Source: Paramoeba atlantica (Eukaryota > Protista > Discosea). From it: a stretch of DNA of 64,000 nt. The notes below the pieces were generated by a model. It was given only the letters and a program-made list of their open reading frames with translations, was not told the DNA's origin and did no database searches. Of the stretch, positions 43,431 through 57,000 are shown in pieces. Location: NCBI GenBank assembly GCA_977017575.1, contig CDRNVI010000051.1, positions 310,001 through 374,000 on the forward strand. Direction: 5' to 3'. The first letter of the stretch is position 1, and every line of letters starts with the position of its first letter. The translations under genes were made by a program, and so were the position numbers.

Positions 43431-45949
43431 AATGATAGCAATTATAAACGTTTACAAAAGAAAAATAAAAAATTCTGCAAAACACTTATTATTTTCAGAA
43501 TATTGCCACATGTTGCTAAGTACACGTCACTTGCACTGTATTACACGTCACTTGCATCTGTACGTATAATACAGTAACTCAAAAAAGTGTACAAATGTTT
43601 CGACATTTGAATTAATGTTTATATTTTTTTATCACAGAGAATCAGAGAATTTTAGGTTCTTCGTTAAAAGTGGTTGTAAAAGTGGTTGTTTTCAACTTAG
43701 AAGTCACTCGTGCTGTGCGCCATAAAATATTGCCCCTGAAATAAAATATCGCCCCTGATCGTTTACCGGACGCTGGTCTTCTCGAGCGCATGGAAGAAAA
43801 CGTCATTAGTTTGTGTGTCAACTGGATAAATAATCGAAGGAAGCAATTAAAAGGATCTCCGTGCGGTAAAGTGATAGAGCTTTTGTGCACCGTTCCGATC
43901 GATGAGATGAGTGTCCACCAGTTGTAGTACCTTTCTGGGTCTGTTTGGAACTGAATAATTGAGTTTACAACTTTTTGTTTATGAGGGGATCTTTTTGAGG
44001 CCTTAAATGCTTTTTGTATGGTCTCTCGTAAAAGCACAATAGAGCCTTAGCCGTAAAGGCCTCGTACAACAACACAAGATCCGGAGGTATCCTCGCAAAA
44101 ACACACTAAGGATCATCACCAAACTTCACCCTCACACTTCGTTGCGGTGGCGACGATGCCGGGCTTGGGACCGGTGACAAATGCGTTTGTGAATCTGTTT
44201 GTGAAGTCTGTGATAATGTATCTTTATAATCTTAATCTTTATAAAAAGAAACAAAGTTATTTGCTTGGGGAACGAGATCTATTAAACACAATGAAATCAA
44301 GACAAAATGCGAAATTCCCCCCTCTTCCCTAATCCCCCCCGCCTTAAGCAAACCCAGGCAAACCCAGGTGGTTTCAGCCCTCTAAATAGGGGCGTAGAGG
44401 GGTGACAATTAAGTAGGAGGAGGCACAGTATTTGCAAATTTGTGATCTTTCTGAAGAACTTTTCAAGAAAGAATACAGAGTGCGAAAAATACGAATTATC
44501 AGAACGGTCTTGAAACATTTTGACTTCAAGGAAAAGATTTTCAATTGAAACTCAGAGAGCTGGGTTTGGATATCATCAGAATTAACTGGAATGACTAACT
44601 TGACTTGAAAAGAAGAAAACTAATTTAGCTAGTGCTAGTACTATTTAGACACATTATATTTTGTGAGAGTGAAGGCTATGTGATCTTCTATCATATTTTC
44701 GTCTATACTTACAGGTAGTACCGAAGGTAACGAAAAGTAATAGAATAATACTTTTCGTTGTCTTTACAATTCTTTACAATGTTTTTCATTGCTTTTCTCC
44801 AATATTCTTCAAATATTGGGTGAAAAGGGACTTTCTTCCCCCGAAAAAAAATTGAAGTTTTTTCATGGTGGTTTCTCAAACAAAATTTCAGTATTATCCG
44901 AGCGAGTGATTAAACATCGTATTTTTGCTACTTACACGACTCCGCTATATCATTTTTCTTTGCACAGGCTCTAAAATGTATAACAGTATCACTTTTTGTA
45001 GTTCGGAACCTTGGATGACGTGATGATAGAAGCCTGTACCGTACAATGTGAATTGAGGAGTTCTTGTAATCCGCTGTTTAAGAATTTTAAAATTATTGTC
45101 CAGGCTCAGAACCGGAACCAAGCTAGAGCTCATAAATTTTCTTCTTTGGTACATTCTATTAAGGGAAGTACGAAGTTTAAAGTTTTTGGGGGAAAAAAGT
45201 CCCTTATGACCAAATTTTGTGACCTCCCTTTTAATAAATTTTATAATAGCGGGAAGGGGGGGCAAAAGAAAGTGAATCAAATGAAACGTGTGAAAAGGGG
45301 TAAATTTTCAGACCTTCGTTTTTTCTGAAACTGACCGAAGTTTCAGGGGGAGGTCATGGTAACATTCGAGATATCAGAAGTGTCTTGAAACAGTTTAACT
45401 TCAAGGAAATGATTTTCAATTGGAACTCAGAGAGCTGGGTTTGGATATCATCACGAGTAAATGCAATGATAAGCAAGACTTTTAATGGGACGAAAAAAAG
45501 AATTAACAAACTACACAGAAGATTTTACTTACGACTTTTCTTGCTTGAGCATTTGACAAACACATTTAACTGCTATTCTTGGATTAGTTAATATGCGTAA
45601 CAAAGGAGTTTTAGCTTATGTAAAGGAGTTATTTTAGGGAAGAAGAGCTTTTGTTGCCTGATTGTGCTGTTAGATGAGTCAGTGTAAAGAAATCGTGTTC
45701 TAATGTTGAAAAAAAGTAGCGCATTTTCGATATTTTAGAACGGATAATTTGCATTACACATACATTCACTACAAGATACACATGTTTGTGAGTGAATCTG
45801 ATTCAGATGCAAACGGCACTACTAGAAGGCGCTGTGCATATTCCACATATTTTCGTTCACTGGAGTTTCCAATGGGTTTATTTCGCTGCTTCTTTGAATC
45901 AAATTTATTGTCCAGAAGTCAAACTTCGAAATAGTCACCATAACTATTA

Positions 45950-48900
45950 CAGTGGTTTCAGTTGATCTTGCCCCCCCCTCGGAATTTTGATTTCTTTGAT
46001 CCGTTTTTGATTATCTTTTCAGCATTGGAGAGATCTCGTCCCCCTAGCGAAGCGCCTCGCCGCCTTTTTTTCATAGAGACCCCCTGGTGCCCCCTGGGTC
46101 CAAAAATCACTGTTTTTTAGACGTTTTCTGTGTACACAACCGCTTTTGCCACGTTTTCCCGATTTTCTGTATATTTTTTACATGTAAGTACGAATGATAG
46201 TGTTCTAAATTGATAATTTGAAAGCTCTATGTCTAGTACTCTCTCTATTGCCTAGATTAATTTAGTCAACACCTCTACATTATGAAGATCAGACCCTCTA
46301 ACCCCAAACAGGGGGAGTACATAGAACGATGTAAACCGGGGGTCAGCTCAATATTAAGGTTAGTTTAATATTAAGATCTACTTTAATATTAATATTGACA
46401 CTTTAATATTAAGATTCACGTTAACATTAAGCTTCGATTTTTTACGGATTTTCTTTGGCTCTTTGACTTTTCTGATTTTTCTGATTTTTCTAATGGACGT
46501 TATCGCTACAGTTTGGCCTTTCCGAGGAGGCCATGGGTCACGGTGGCCTCCCTTGAGGACCACTAGACGTGTCCTCCGCCGACGAGACTCTCGGCTCTCT
46601 GCATCTGGCGGTGGCCGAGCTCCCCGCACCTCGGCTCTGTCGCAGCTCTCTGCACCTGGAATGCCCCCGAAACTGTAATATGGGGATTACGCATCCGGCT
46701 CTCTGCACCTGGGACGCCAGCTCTCCGCACCAGCACACCTCCGGCGAGGACGAAACCTCACTTGATCCACCCGTCGTATGCGGGATAAGGACATAGTGAG
46801 TAAATCTCTGCACTATAAGTGCATGATAAAACAATGACGGCACTCAACGTAATTACGGAACACCTTAGTTAAGGGACAACCCCTTCTGGGACAAAAGTGT
46901 CCCGTAATTAAATGTCACTTAGCTTTGACCTGTCTCACGGAAAAGGGCAATACTACATACACAATATATCTCCCCATGGAGCCACCGAGTCCAAGTTTCT
47001 GGTGAGTGATTGTACTGCAGGTTCTGTTGCTATATTTTTTCTTATTTTTGTACATGGCATATATGGGCGTGTAAAACTTTTCTGCTGACAATATGCCGGT
47101 CGAGCCGGATCCACCACACTTCGTTCCAGGCAGTGGAGCGAAACGCACTCCCAAGGCCCAAGTGTGAAGAACCGGATGAAAGATCAAATGATAGTGAAGC
47201 ATCACATTCCAGTGATTCAGAGGATTCCTGTAAACTTTGAAAAAAAGGAGGTAGAAGTTCTACCGTAGAACTAAGATTTGCCCTTAAACGGGGGTACAAC
47301 GGGAGTACGACTTAATGTACCGGGTACCCTTTTATATACCGGGGGGGGGGGTATAATCGCTACCCAATATACCCCCACCCCCTTGTTTTTCACGGTGCCG
47401 TCATGAAATTACCCCTTTTAACCTCTTTGGTTAAGGTTGTCTAGCAAAAACAAACACTAAAAACATTGGAGCTAATATACCCCCCACCCCCCCGCATTAT
47501 ACCCCCCACCCGGTATAAACGGAGAGCGAATATACCCCCCCTTAATATACAGGGTATACTTTATTATACCCCCCTGTACATATTAAGATTAGCATCTTTC
47601 CAATCTTAATTATCAAGATTGCTAAGAACCCTGTCAACTCCACCGTCGATGGCGAGGCCAAAGAATTTAGCTCCATCTATGGTTCGTCGAATGTCTTCCC
47701 AGATCATGTCGGCAATTCGACGTTCACTGATATGAAATTCGCGAGGAGAAGGAAGGATCGATGCAGCTTCTGAAGGATGTATGTCGGGGGGAAATTCTTG
47801 AAATAAGGTCTTTACGCACTCGAGGAATCCTTCGGTAGAAAGATTTCTCTGAGCTGCGAAACATGGGAGAGCTTCGGAGATGTACTCCTCTAGCGACTTG
47901 GGATTTGCAACTTCACTGGAGTCTTCCATCCCCTGCTGCGCCTTCGAGCAGCACTCTTTCAAATGTTTATAACAAAAATTCTCCCCCTTGCTATGGGTCA
48001 CCCACCCACATACTTTACATCGAACATGCTGTGTGTGGCCCATAGCATCATTCCGGATGCCTGAGACGTTTTTCCGAGCCCACTCGAGGCACAATTTTCC
48101 AGAGGACTCAACGCCGAGATCGCATCGCTCGTACGTTAATTGCTCCTGTCGACGGAGGCTTCCACAAGCGAGTGGATCGTTCCCGCAGTTGCTTTTTCTC
48201 TTTCTCTGGAGAACATTCTCCTCTTCAAGCGGAGAGAGGGACGCACTTAACGCTACTTGGGAAGGTGTCTCTTCTAACTGTGACGTAATTGCGGCTACTC
48301 TCTCGCGATGCTCCCGTGCTGACGGTCGCTTTCTTGTGTTTTCAGGGGTGGGGGTTGAAGGTGCGCTTTCCGAGTTCTTTGAACGTTGCGTCATTTAAAA
48401 CAGTGAGTGAGAAGGTGATTAAAGGAAGTGATAAGGTGCAAACAAAAAGGCTGAGCAATACTTGTGTACCAGTCCTAAATGTCGCAATAAAGACAAATCT
48501 TTCCATTCATATACAGGGAAAAACTACATTTCTATAGACACTTAATAAGATTATAGACACCTTCGAAAAGTAGTATCTCATAGTATATAAGATATCTCAT
48601 AGTATAAGTAGTATCTCATAGTATAAAATACTAGTTAGACTATGTTAATATTAGCATTTCCAATCTTAATATTAGACTGACCCCCGGTTTAATCACAAAA
48701 GAGAAGAGAACCCCACAATATGTGCAACACAATTGATTCAGTCCCAAAGAGACTTCGAAACGTGTTGCAAAACAATGGAAGCCATTCCGGATACTACTCC
48801 TCTTCTCATTAATTTTAATAAATGCCATTCCTATTTTTTCAAAGAAAAATTATAGATTTTCAAAAAATTATGGTTTTGAAGAAAAAAACAGGAAAAGCTA

Positions 48901-49367
48901 GAATAGAGGGGAGGACACCGCAGAAAAATTTGACCCTCGCTTCCGACAAGGGCCTTGGATCTCACGTTCTGCGATAGCTTAGCGCAGAAAAATAGCGTTT
49001 TTCCATCAGGCAGGATCATCAATCAGGACTTTTTGCCTAACCATTCTCATTAATTTCTATAAATATAAATTTTCTTTTTTGTTATAATTAATATTTATAG
49101 AAATTAATGAGAGGAGTTCTTTGCATTCAGAGTTAACTTTTGGACACAACCGTTTTTTGCTCCATTTTTCATAGACAAAAAGATGTCATATTTTTTTATT
49201 TTGGTCAACTTTCGGGTCACCCAGGGGGCACCAGGGGGTCTCTATGAAAAAAAGGCGGAAGAAGTCTTCGCTGGGGGAACGAGATCTCTCCAATGCTGCA
49301 AAGATGAGCAAAAACGGATAAAAAAAGTCAAAATTCCGAGGGGGGGCAAGATCAACTGAGACCACTG
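45950..49367. mobile_element. 3.4-kb TA-flanked TIR element (copy 2)
   Basis: Same termini as 32546-35954. Confidence 0.9.
47606..48394 (-). pseudogene. Truncated hAT-like transposase ORF (copy 2)
   Basis: Identical to 34193-34981. Confidence 0.55.
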
Positions 49368-49976
49368 TATAGTAGCCGTACAACAGCCATTTTCAAGCGT
49401 GCTGTATCGACATTTAGCGCTCTCGCCGTTGTATTGCAAGGCTACTGAATTTGTGCACTAGACATGTCATATGCAGCCCGATAAAAAATAGAAAAATAGG
49501 TGGTAAGAGAGTTATTCCTACCGATGAGGCAATAGAATATTCTTCACGTGGTGTTCGGCAGTACTATTGCCCCAATATCGAACACTAGTAGACTTTGAAT
49601 GTGCTGACGAGCTTGCTCCATAAAAAGCGAGGGTCCCGACTTTCGAACAGGCGGAAGCCCGTGGAAAATCCAATGGAAAATCCACCGAACTACTTGAAAT
49701 AAAGGTTCGTAAAGGTTTCTACTGGAAATGCAGCATAGCCTCCGGTGAATTTGTCATAGTATCTTCGTTGATACACTCGAAGCCTCGTCAATCTAAATTG
49801 TACTGACGTCTTCGATTTTATTCAGTCTCTCGCTAGTGAGGTACGACGTACAGGATTTCCGGTACGCTTTCCAAGCCACCATGTCAGAAAAGTCGTTTTC
49901 TTGCCCTTATTTTTTCTATCGGCGCACGATTGGCCGAAGGCCACGAGTAGGGGGTAGTATGGCCGTAGGGGGTATA

Positions 49977-51069
49977 GCGAGGGCGTGCCTGAGCGGGCCT
50001 GAGTCATACGCGGCGTTGTTAGTGGAAAAAAATTTGCGAATTGCAACAATTTTCGAAGCCCGATGTACTTGCACCAAAACATCTGCTTTTTGTCTGATGA
50101 AAAACAAATTCTGGAAAACAAAAGCGTGGGCGGTGGGGGAAGTAAACTGAGCGTGAAGAAATGTAGCTGAAAAAAGTGTCGAAAAGCGGAAAAATATCAG
50201 GAAAAATAGCCGAGGCACTGAACCTCCTTAACAGGCACCCAATCCTGCCTAACACATTGACCCTTCCCCTGCGAGAAACACCAAACTCAGAACGATACAG
50301 AAGACATCTCAAACAATTAGAAAACGCCTGAGAGCTAGAGCCCGAGCGTCGCTCGCTGCACGATAGGGCGGTACACCGCAGTGTACAAAGATGACACATC
50401 CACTCGAGTAATTTGACCTCGACCATGCGAACTAAAATTCGCGAAGGAACCGGGGCATCATTTAATACACAACGTGTAAAAGATTCATTCCCATTCGGAG
50501 ACAGTTTAGAATCTCAGATCCGGTTCCTCCACGCAGACGTGCGCACCTACTACACCAATTCCCCATATCTGCGGTTCTCGGCGACGTCTGTGTCCGCATT
50601 GGCACTCGGATTCTCAGGTCCCGCGTATTGCACATGGGCTTTAAGCTCGCGTGTGGAATTGCGCAGGCACTAATCTGGGGCACAATTCTACACAGAGAAC
50701 CTGGCGATGAGTTACTAGACCCTATCACAGAGCTAAATCAAGAAACAGCACCAGGCATTGTACAAAACCCAGGAAAAGCAGTAATCGCTATCTTGTACGA
50801 CTCAATCCTGTTAGTGGCGAGGGCGCGCGTGAGCGGACCTGAGCCATACGCGGCGTTGTTAGTGGGAAACAATTTTCGAATTGTAAAATTTTTCGAAGCC
50901 CCATGAACAGGCACTAAAACATCTGCTTTTTGTCGGTTGGAAAACAAATTCTAGAAAAAAAGTGACAGGGAAAAGTGGAAAACTAAAGCGCGGGCGGGGT
51001 GGAAGTACCTTGAACGTGAAAAAAAGTATCTGAAAAAAGTGTCGAAAAGCGGAAAAATATCAGGAAAAA
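49977..51069 (+). mobile_element. Direct-repeat-flanked RT-like remnant (copy 2)
   Basis: Duplicate of 36564-37656 (+13413). Confidence 0.5.
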
Positions 51070-51433
51070 CATTTTTTGTGAAGCAGGGCGAATGCAGTAA
51101 GCCAAAAGTGGTGAAGAAAAGGGATAGGAAAGGTACAAAAAGTCGTGTTCTAAATGAATCATAACAAATAAATGAAAATAATTATGGAAATAATTTATCA
51201 AAATTTTACAAATCAATATTTTTTTGGCGCTTTTTAGGTATACTTTTTAGTTATTATGGAGAAACGCGTTCGCTATATTGTAGATCACTTGCAACACCTT
51301 TTTTACGTAGATGTGTCGCAGAAAAGTAATAACAACAAATTTACGACTCCTCTGTGGTACTATCCGAGTAGTCACTATACAAACTTGATAATGAGTTTAT
51401 AGTTTCACTGGAACTGTAGTCCCCCGAATTAGA

Positions 51434-52186
51434 CTATCCTTGCGGTAAATACATCACGTACGACGGCAATTTCACATCTGGAGCATAGGAAGAAAAATTG
51501 TTGCGTCGCAAATCTAGATGCACAATCACGTCTCGATTAGTCGGTTTCAATAAAGTCTTCAAATCCACGACCCCTTCAAGACGGTTGCGGTGGAGGCCCA
51601 AATATTGGATAGTCTCCGGAAGTTTGTCTAATTTTATAGTCCCTGTAAATAAATTGCGATCAAGAAACAGCTGGAGTAGCATCGGCGGAAGGGCAGTTAG
51701 GTTTATCTCACCAGAAAATCGATTACTCTGGACCATCATTTCTGTAAGAGTTCGAGGCAGGTTCGTAAGATCAAGTGCACCAGACAAAACGTTAGTCTCG
51801 GCGATGAAATAATCTAACTGTTCGGGGTACTGTATTTCAGTTACTGCACCCTCGAGGCGCGGGTGTCCTACTACGGCTATATGAAGCAGGGTTTTAGGTA
51901 AATTATCCCAAGAGAGGTGCCCACGTAATCTAAGTGTGCGAAAACTGTGATACCATGATATTCCGATAATAGTTTGTGTAGAATCACACACCACTCCTAA
52001 CCAGGTACATACAGAAACTTTTTTTACTTTCCCGAACCATCCTTTTTTTGAAGTTTTCCACGATTTTGGCTTCTCAAGAATGGGTGACACAAACCGTTCC
52101 ATCATGTCTTCTTGAGGAAGCAAATAAGAAGAGACTTTACCACGCCTCAAGTCAGAGCCGTCGTCAGCGTTGTAAACAGTAAACAT
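51434..52186 (-). CDS. Leucine-rich repeat protein, 250 aa (copy 2)
   Basis: Identical to 38021-38773. Confidence 0.9.
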   Translation of the reverse strand: MFTVYNADDGSDLRRGKVSSYLLPQEDMMERFVSPILEKPKSWKTSKKGWFGKVKKVSVCTWLGVVCDSTQTIIGISWYHSFRTLRLRGHLSWDNLPKTLLHIAVVGHPRLEGAVTEIQYPEQLDYFIAETNVLSGALDLTNLPRTLTEMMVQSNRFSGEINLTALPPMLLQLFLDRNLFTGTIKLDKLPETIQYLGLHRNRLEGVVDLKTLLKPTNRDVIVHLDLRRNNFSSYAPDVKLPSYVMYLPQG

Positions 52187-54032
52187 TAAACAGAATTTTT
52201 TAAACTGTTTTCTTTTCCTTTAAACTGTGTTTTTTAAGCGGGAGTATGATTATTGTACAAAATTAGAGCTTCGTCACGTACGAAATGCATAAAAACCAAA
52301 AGTCTTGGGAAATTTTGAACTAACTCTCACAAGAATACTATCTGTTTTTACTTACCACCTCTTTTTATCCTTTCTAAAAGTTTGTTGCAAGGATTTGAAA
52401 TGGGATTAGTTCTACTGAAGGGGTATGCTGAAGACACTCCCTTCATAAAGTGCCCAAAAAAAGTCTGAAAAATATATTTGGTTTCTACCTCAAACGATTT
52501 ACATAATAGCTATTTTTTGACGACAAGAAAAGTCGTTTTTTTGCACGAGTGTTTTCAAACTGCGCACGAGCGGCCGAAGGCCACGAGTGTTTTCTGAGTC
52601 GAAAACATGGCTTTCCTTATATTTTATCCGCTTTGAGACATTTTTGCTAAGATTTTCTACAGTTTTACATGGGAAAAAGAATGCCCAGTAAAGAGGGGAA
52701 CAACACGCGGCGTTGTTAGTGGGAAAACATCCGCCTTTTGCCTGATGAAAACTAATTTCTGGAAAACAAAAGTGCGTGTGGAGGGAAAAGTAGAAGACAA
52801 AAGTGTAGGCGGAGGGAAAAGTAACCTGAGCGTGAAGAAATTTTTCTGATAAAAGCGTCGAAAAGCGGAAGAATATCAGATTATATCAAATGTTTTATGT
52901 AAAGTTTTATGTATACGAACCCATGGTCAAAATAAGGCGCCCTCCTCTAAAATCTCAATGCTTCGTTTTTTAGGCTAATTTTGTTGCATTTTATAGATCT
53001 CAACACATTTTTTTGGATTTTTTAGATCTCAATATAGAGAATTTCCGGGTTAAGAAGCGTAGCCCCCTCTTAAAACGCTTCTCAAAAATTTACACTCTTT
53101 AACAGCAAAAATGTTCTCCCCTCTGAGAAATTCAACTTTGTTTCCTCTCATTTTTGTTGCAAACGAGAGATCTCGTTTCACTAGCGAAGATTATTGATAC
53201 ATTCATCTCATAGTGACCCCTGGTGCCTCCCGATAGCAGGAATCGGTTAGAGCTTTGGGTTAGAGATCGGTCGTGAAAGTTAGCGTTCAATCCGTCTTTA
53301 TGGAACAAATCTTATATACGCCAACATCTTTAAAAGATGATCTTTTATCACCCACTTGATGGTAATAGTGAAGAACATAGCAGAAAATCTGTCAAGAAAG
53401 CTCACAGGGCAACAGGTCGCTCCATTTGAATTCTTTTACTTTAACTATCGTACAATCCATTATTGCAACGGATCGCTCCTATAGTTTATGGAATTCATCG
53501 GGAAGCATGTGCAATTTTCTATGCAGGGGGTTCTAAAGTAGGGACCCCATCCCGGGGTTTTGAAAAACGTTCGGGGACCACTTTCCGCGTTAATCAACTC
53601 ACCAGAGGTTATTGCTCCGTTTTGGCGTTGCATACTACTGTAAAGTCTACGTATTCCTTTCGTTAATTTCGTAATATTCTAGCGCCGAAGGGAAGGTAGT
53701 CATTGCATAAAAAAGGATTACGTACATATTTGTCGTATGGGAAGGATTAAAAATGGAAAGGTTAAATGATGGTGGGATTAAGCTTATCTTTGTCAAATTA
53801 GTAACATGCTGATTAACAGGTCCAAAAACAAATCTATCTAGCGCATACCGAGCGACCAATTGAGAACGTAGTCCTTTCCCTGCTAAATTGCAGTTAAATT
53901 GTAAAGTACATTTTATCCTTCCACAATTCACACAAACTCTTTTCACCTACCAGCAACCGTTTCATTTGTGAAGTGATCTTGCTTAATTTTACTTCATTTG
54001 ACTCTCGGGGAACATGAACTCTCAGTGAAGTG

Positions 54033-57000
54033 CTACTCATCCCCCTGTGCTTGTTGTGCATACGTCGTGGAGTGCTTTTCCACCACAAATCCCGGCACGG
54101 CGGCCAGAAACGACGGAACCGCCGCAGAACCCCGTTGTGCGGCCGTTCCCAGAGGAGAGGTTTCCCCCCTTGACCCCATGACCTCAGGACTCCCCCCCAC
54201 TCCCCCACGATTCGGGGAAGAAGAAGAAGAGTCCCCGGGGAGGGCCAACTCCTGTGCATCTCGTGGTCCCCACTCCTTCAACTCAATCACAAAGTCACGG
54301 AGCAGCGCCGTGAGTGCGGGGAGGTTCGTCCCATGCGACCCACACAGCGCGGTGACAAACCGATCGACTTGGGTAAACGTTAGATTGGGAAACGCCGTGG
54401 AGAGCGTTGTGGTCAGATACTGCTGGATGTAACCCAACGAGCTGGTCTCGGGGTCCTGATCCGCCGCGATCCGAGCCGCCCCGGGGGCGACCTGGAGAAT
54501 CAGGGCGATGATTTTCACGTGCTGGGCGAAATCCCCTTTATGGAGGGTGTCGGTCATCGCGACCATCACCTCGGTGAGGATGGTGATCGCGTAGGCCACG
54601 TAGAAGGGTGCCGCCAGGGGACTCTGGGAGACACGGTAGAGAAACTCCAGGAGCATCTCAGCCCCGGGCCCGGAGACGGCGCTGGTGGTGTGCTTCATCG
54701 ACCACAGCACACCGTCCATAATCATCGGGGACTCCTGGGCGTAACGTAGAAACGGATCAAAGCAGTTTTTGGTAAGCGCGCGCATGAGTTTGAAAACCTG
54801 AACGCGGTGGTCGGGGTAGTCCTGCATGTTCTCGGAGATCATCTGGAGTGTGGGCTCCACGGCGGAGGCACAAATCTCAGAGACATTGTCCCCGACGAAG
54901 ATACGCAGGCGCTCGCAGATTGTGGTGAGCAAAGTCAGCAGCTGTGCGTCCCGCAGTGCGGGGAGTGAGCTCTTGTACTCCGGAAGAATGGTGTCGAATA
55001 CGAGTGGGAGAAGGTATCGCGCTACGGGCTCAGGCATCCGTGTGCTGCTGCAGAGCTCTGCAAACACTTTTAAGATTTCACGTCGCACGCCCCGGAGTAG
55101 CTTCATGGGATAGGTGTGGATCACATTGGCGTCGCGTAGTTTCAGTTGCTCGTTGATTACAGAAGTGATTTTGCCGTAAAGGTCCATTAGGTTCTCCCGC
55201 CGATTGTGTACGTGGTGGACGAAGGTATGTCCTAAGCCTTTACCAGCACACACCTCACACCGTAGTAAGTAGATTAACTTCCGCAAGACATCGGGCTCCA
55301 GAATGTTCACCGTACCTTGTTGCAAGCTACTGACTAAAGAGTCCCAATCGGATACAATCACGCGGTAGAGCTCCGGTATGAAAGTCTGTTCCTGTACCGG
55401 CTCCGGGGCAGCTCCAACAATAACGCCTAGGGCTTCGAATAACACGTAAATATGAGAACTCTGAAGTACTGGGAGGACTTTGGGTAGTTTCGTTTGAATG
55501 AACTCAAGCACGTACGGAAAGTCGTTCTCCTGAGAACCTTCACACAAATTTGTACCGCACAGGCGTGCGAGTTTAAGAAACGTATCAACGGCCATGTCCT
55601 GCACTCCAGGAAATGTTTCTTCCATAAATTCGGTAAGCTTGTTCATTACTGTAGTAAGAAATCGATAGTGACTCCGCAGAAACCGGGGGTACTGTCCTAC
55701 AACGTACATGATGTTGGAAGCAATCACAGCACGGTTTTCCTTCCCGCTGGTAACGTCGCACAGCTCAAGCAAAATTCGAATCACACGAATAAAGAAGGTA
55801 CGCTCGTGTGCTTCCTCCATAGTGCCACTAATCGCGCCTACCGTCCAGCAGAGCTGATTGAGTTCCCTCCAGGTCCATTCCGTGTCGGAGGGTTGCTGGC
55901 CACCAAATTCCTCCTCTCCTGTCCCCTGCGGAGCTGACCGTTCAGGAACCACATTGTCATCGAGCCGCGCCAGAAAATGAATATGCTCGAGATTATCCAA
56001 CAGCAAGGTTTCAATCTGCTTCAAATTCAAGTGCGCAAGCAGCACCAACGTCTGTCGCATGGTGTTATACAAATCAATCGTCTCCACATCCGTGAGATAC
56101 TCCTTCGTCAACTCCCCCTGCTCATCCTCCACAATAATCACCTCTTCTGGTTTCGCCATCGACCCCGTGAGCACGGGAAGCAACGCCGTAAACACCTCAC
56201 GGTACAGCAGTGCCCGACCTTGATGCCTTTTCTGGGCAAACGAGAACGTTCCCCATCCCCCTGGCCCTCCCTCCTCCCCACGCTGGTGCGTATTCTGCGT
56301 GGCTGAATGCATCTCCGCGTACACGCGCTTACACAAGTGCAGCCAGTACTCCACACAGACCTTGAAATTCTCCTTATCCTCCAGTCGCGTTAGCGCGACC
56401 AAATACATGTGGCCGCCGAGGGTCTCCTCGGGGACCGCCTCGAGCCAGCCCGCGTGGTTCGTGAAAAGGCTAATCAGGAACAGCGAGAGGTTGTGGAGGA
56501 AGTCGCGTTGCTCCTCGGAGCCGCTCTCGTGGGCGTGGTGGAGCGTTTGCAGGAGTGAGGGCGCGGAGTCGGGGGGGTAGAGTGTGGCGACGTGACGCAT
56601 GACCCCGCGGTAGAGCGTGAGAACCATTTGTTGCTGTTGGTGGTGGTGGTGGTGAGCGTCCGTGCTCGCAGAAAACGTGGAACCGGAAGAAGACGAAGAT
56701 GAAGAAGCAGAGCTGCTGCTAATCTCGGTAAGACAACGAAGCGCGCTGTTTCGGGTGAGTCCGACAGGGAGGAAACGAGACCCGAGGAGGGAGACGAGAG
56801 GGGTAGAGGAGAGACTTTCGGGGGGTACCCAGGAAAGGTAGCGTTCGAGCATTTGTAGCGCGGAGGTGAGGACGCGAGGGTCCTCACTGTTTTCCAGGGC
56901 GTCGAGTCCGGTGGTCATGATTTGAGCGTACTCTTGGAGTAGAGCTTGCTTTTTGCGTTCCGCCATGCGCTGCGTCATGGTGGCGTTTTCGTAGTTGAAC

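Larger units (their letters stand above)
40688..54100 (+). repeat. Unit 2 of the 13.4-kb tandem duplication
   Basis: Matches 27284-40687, with one extra 9-bp unit (atttttctg) near 46470-46490. Confidence 0.97.
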
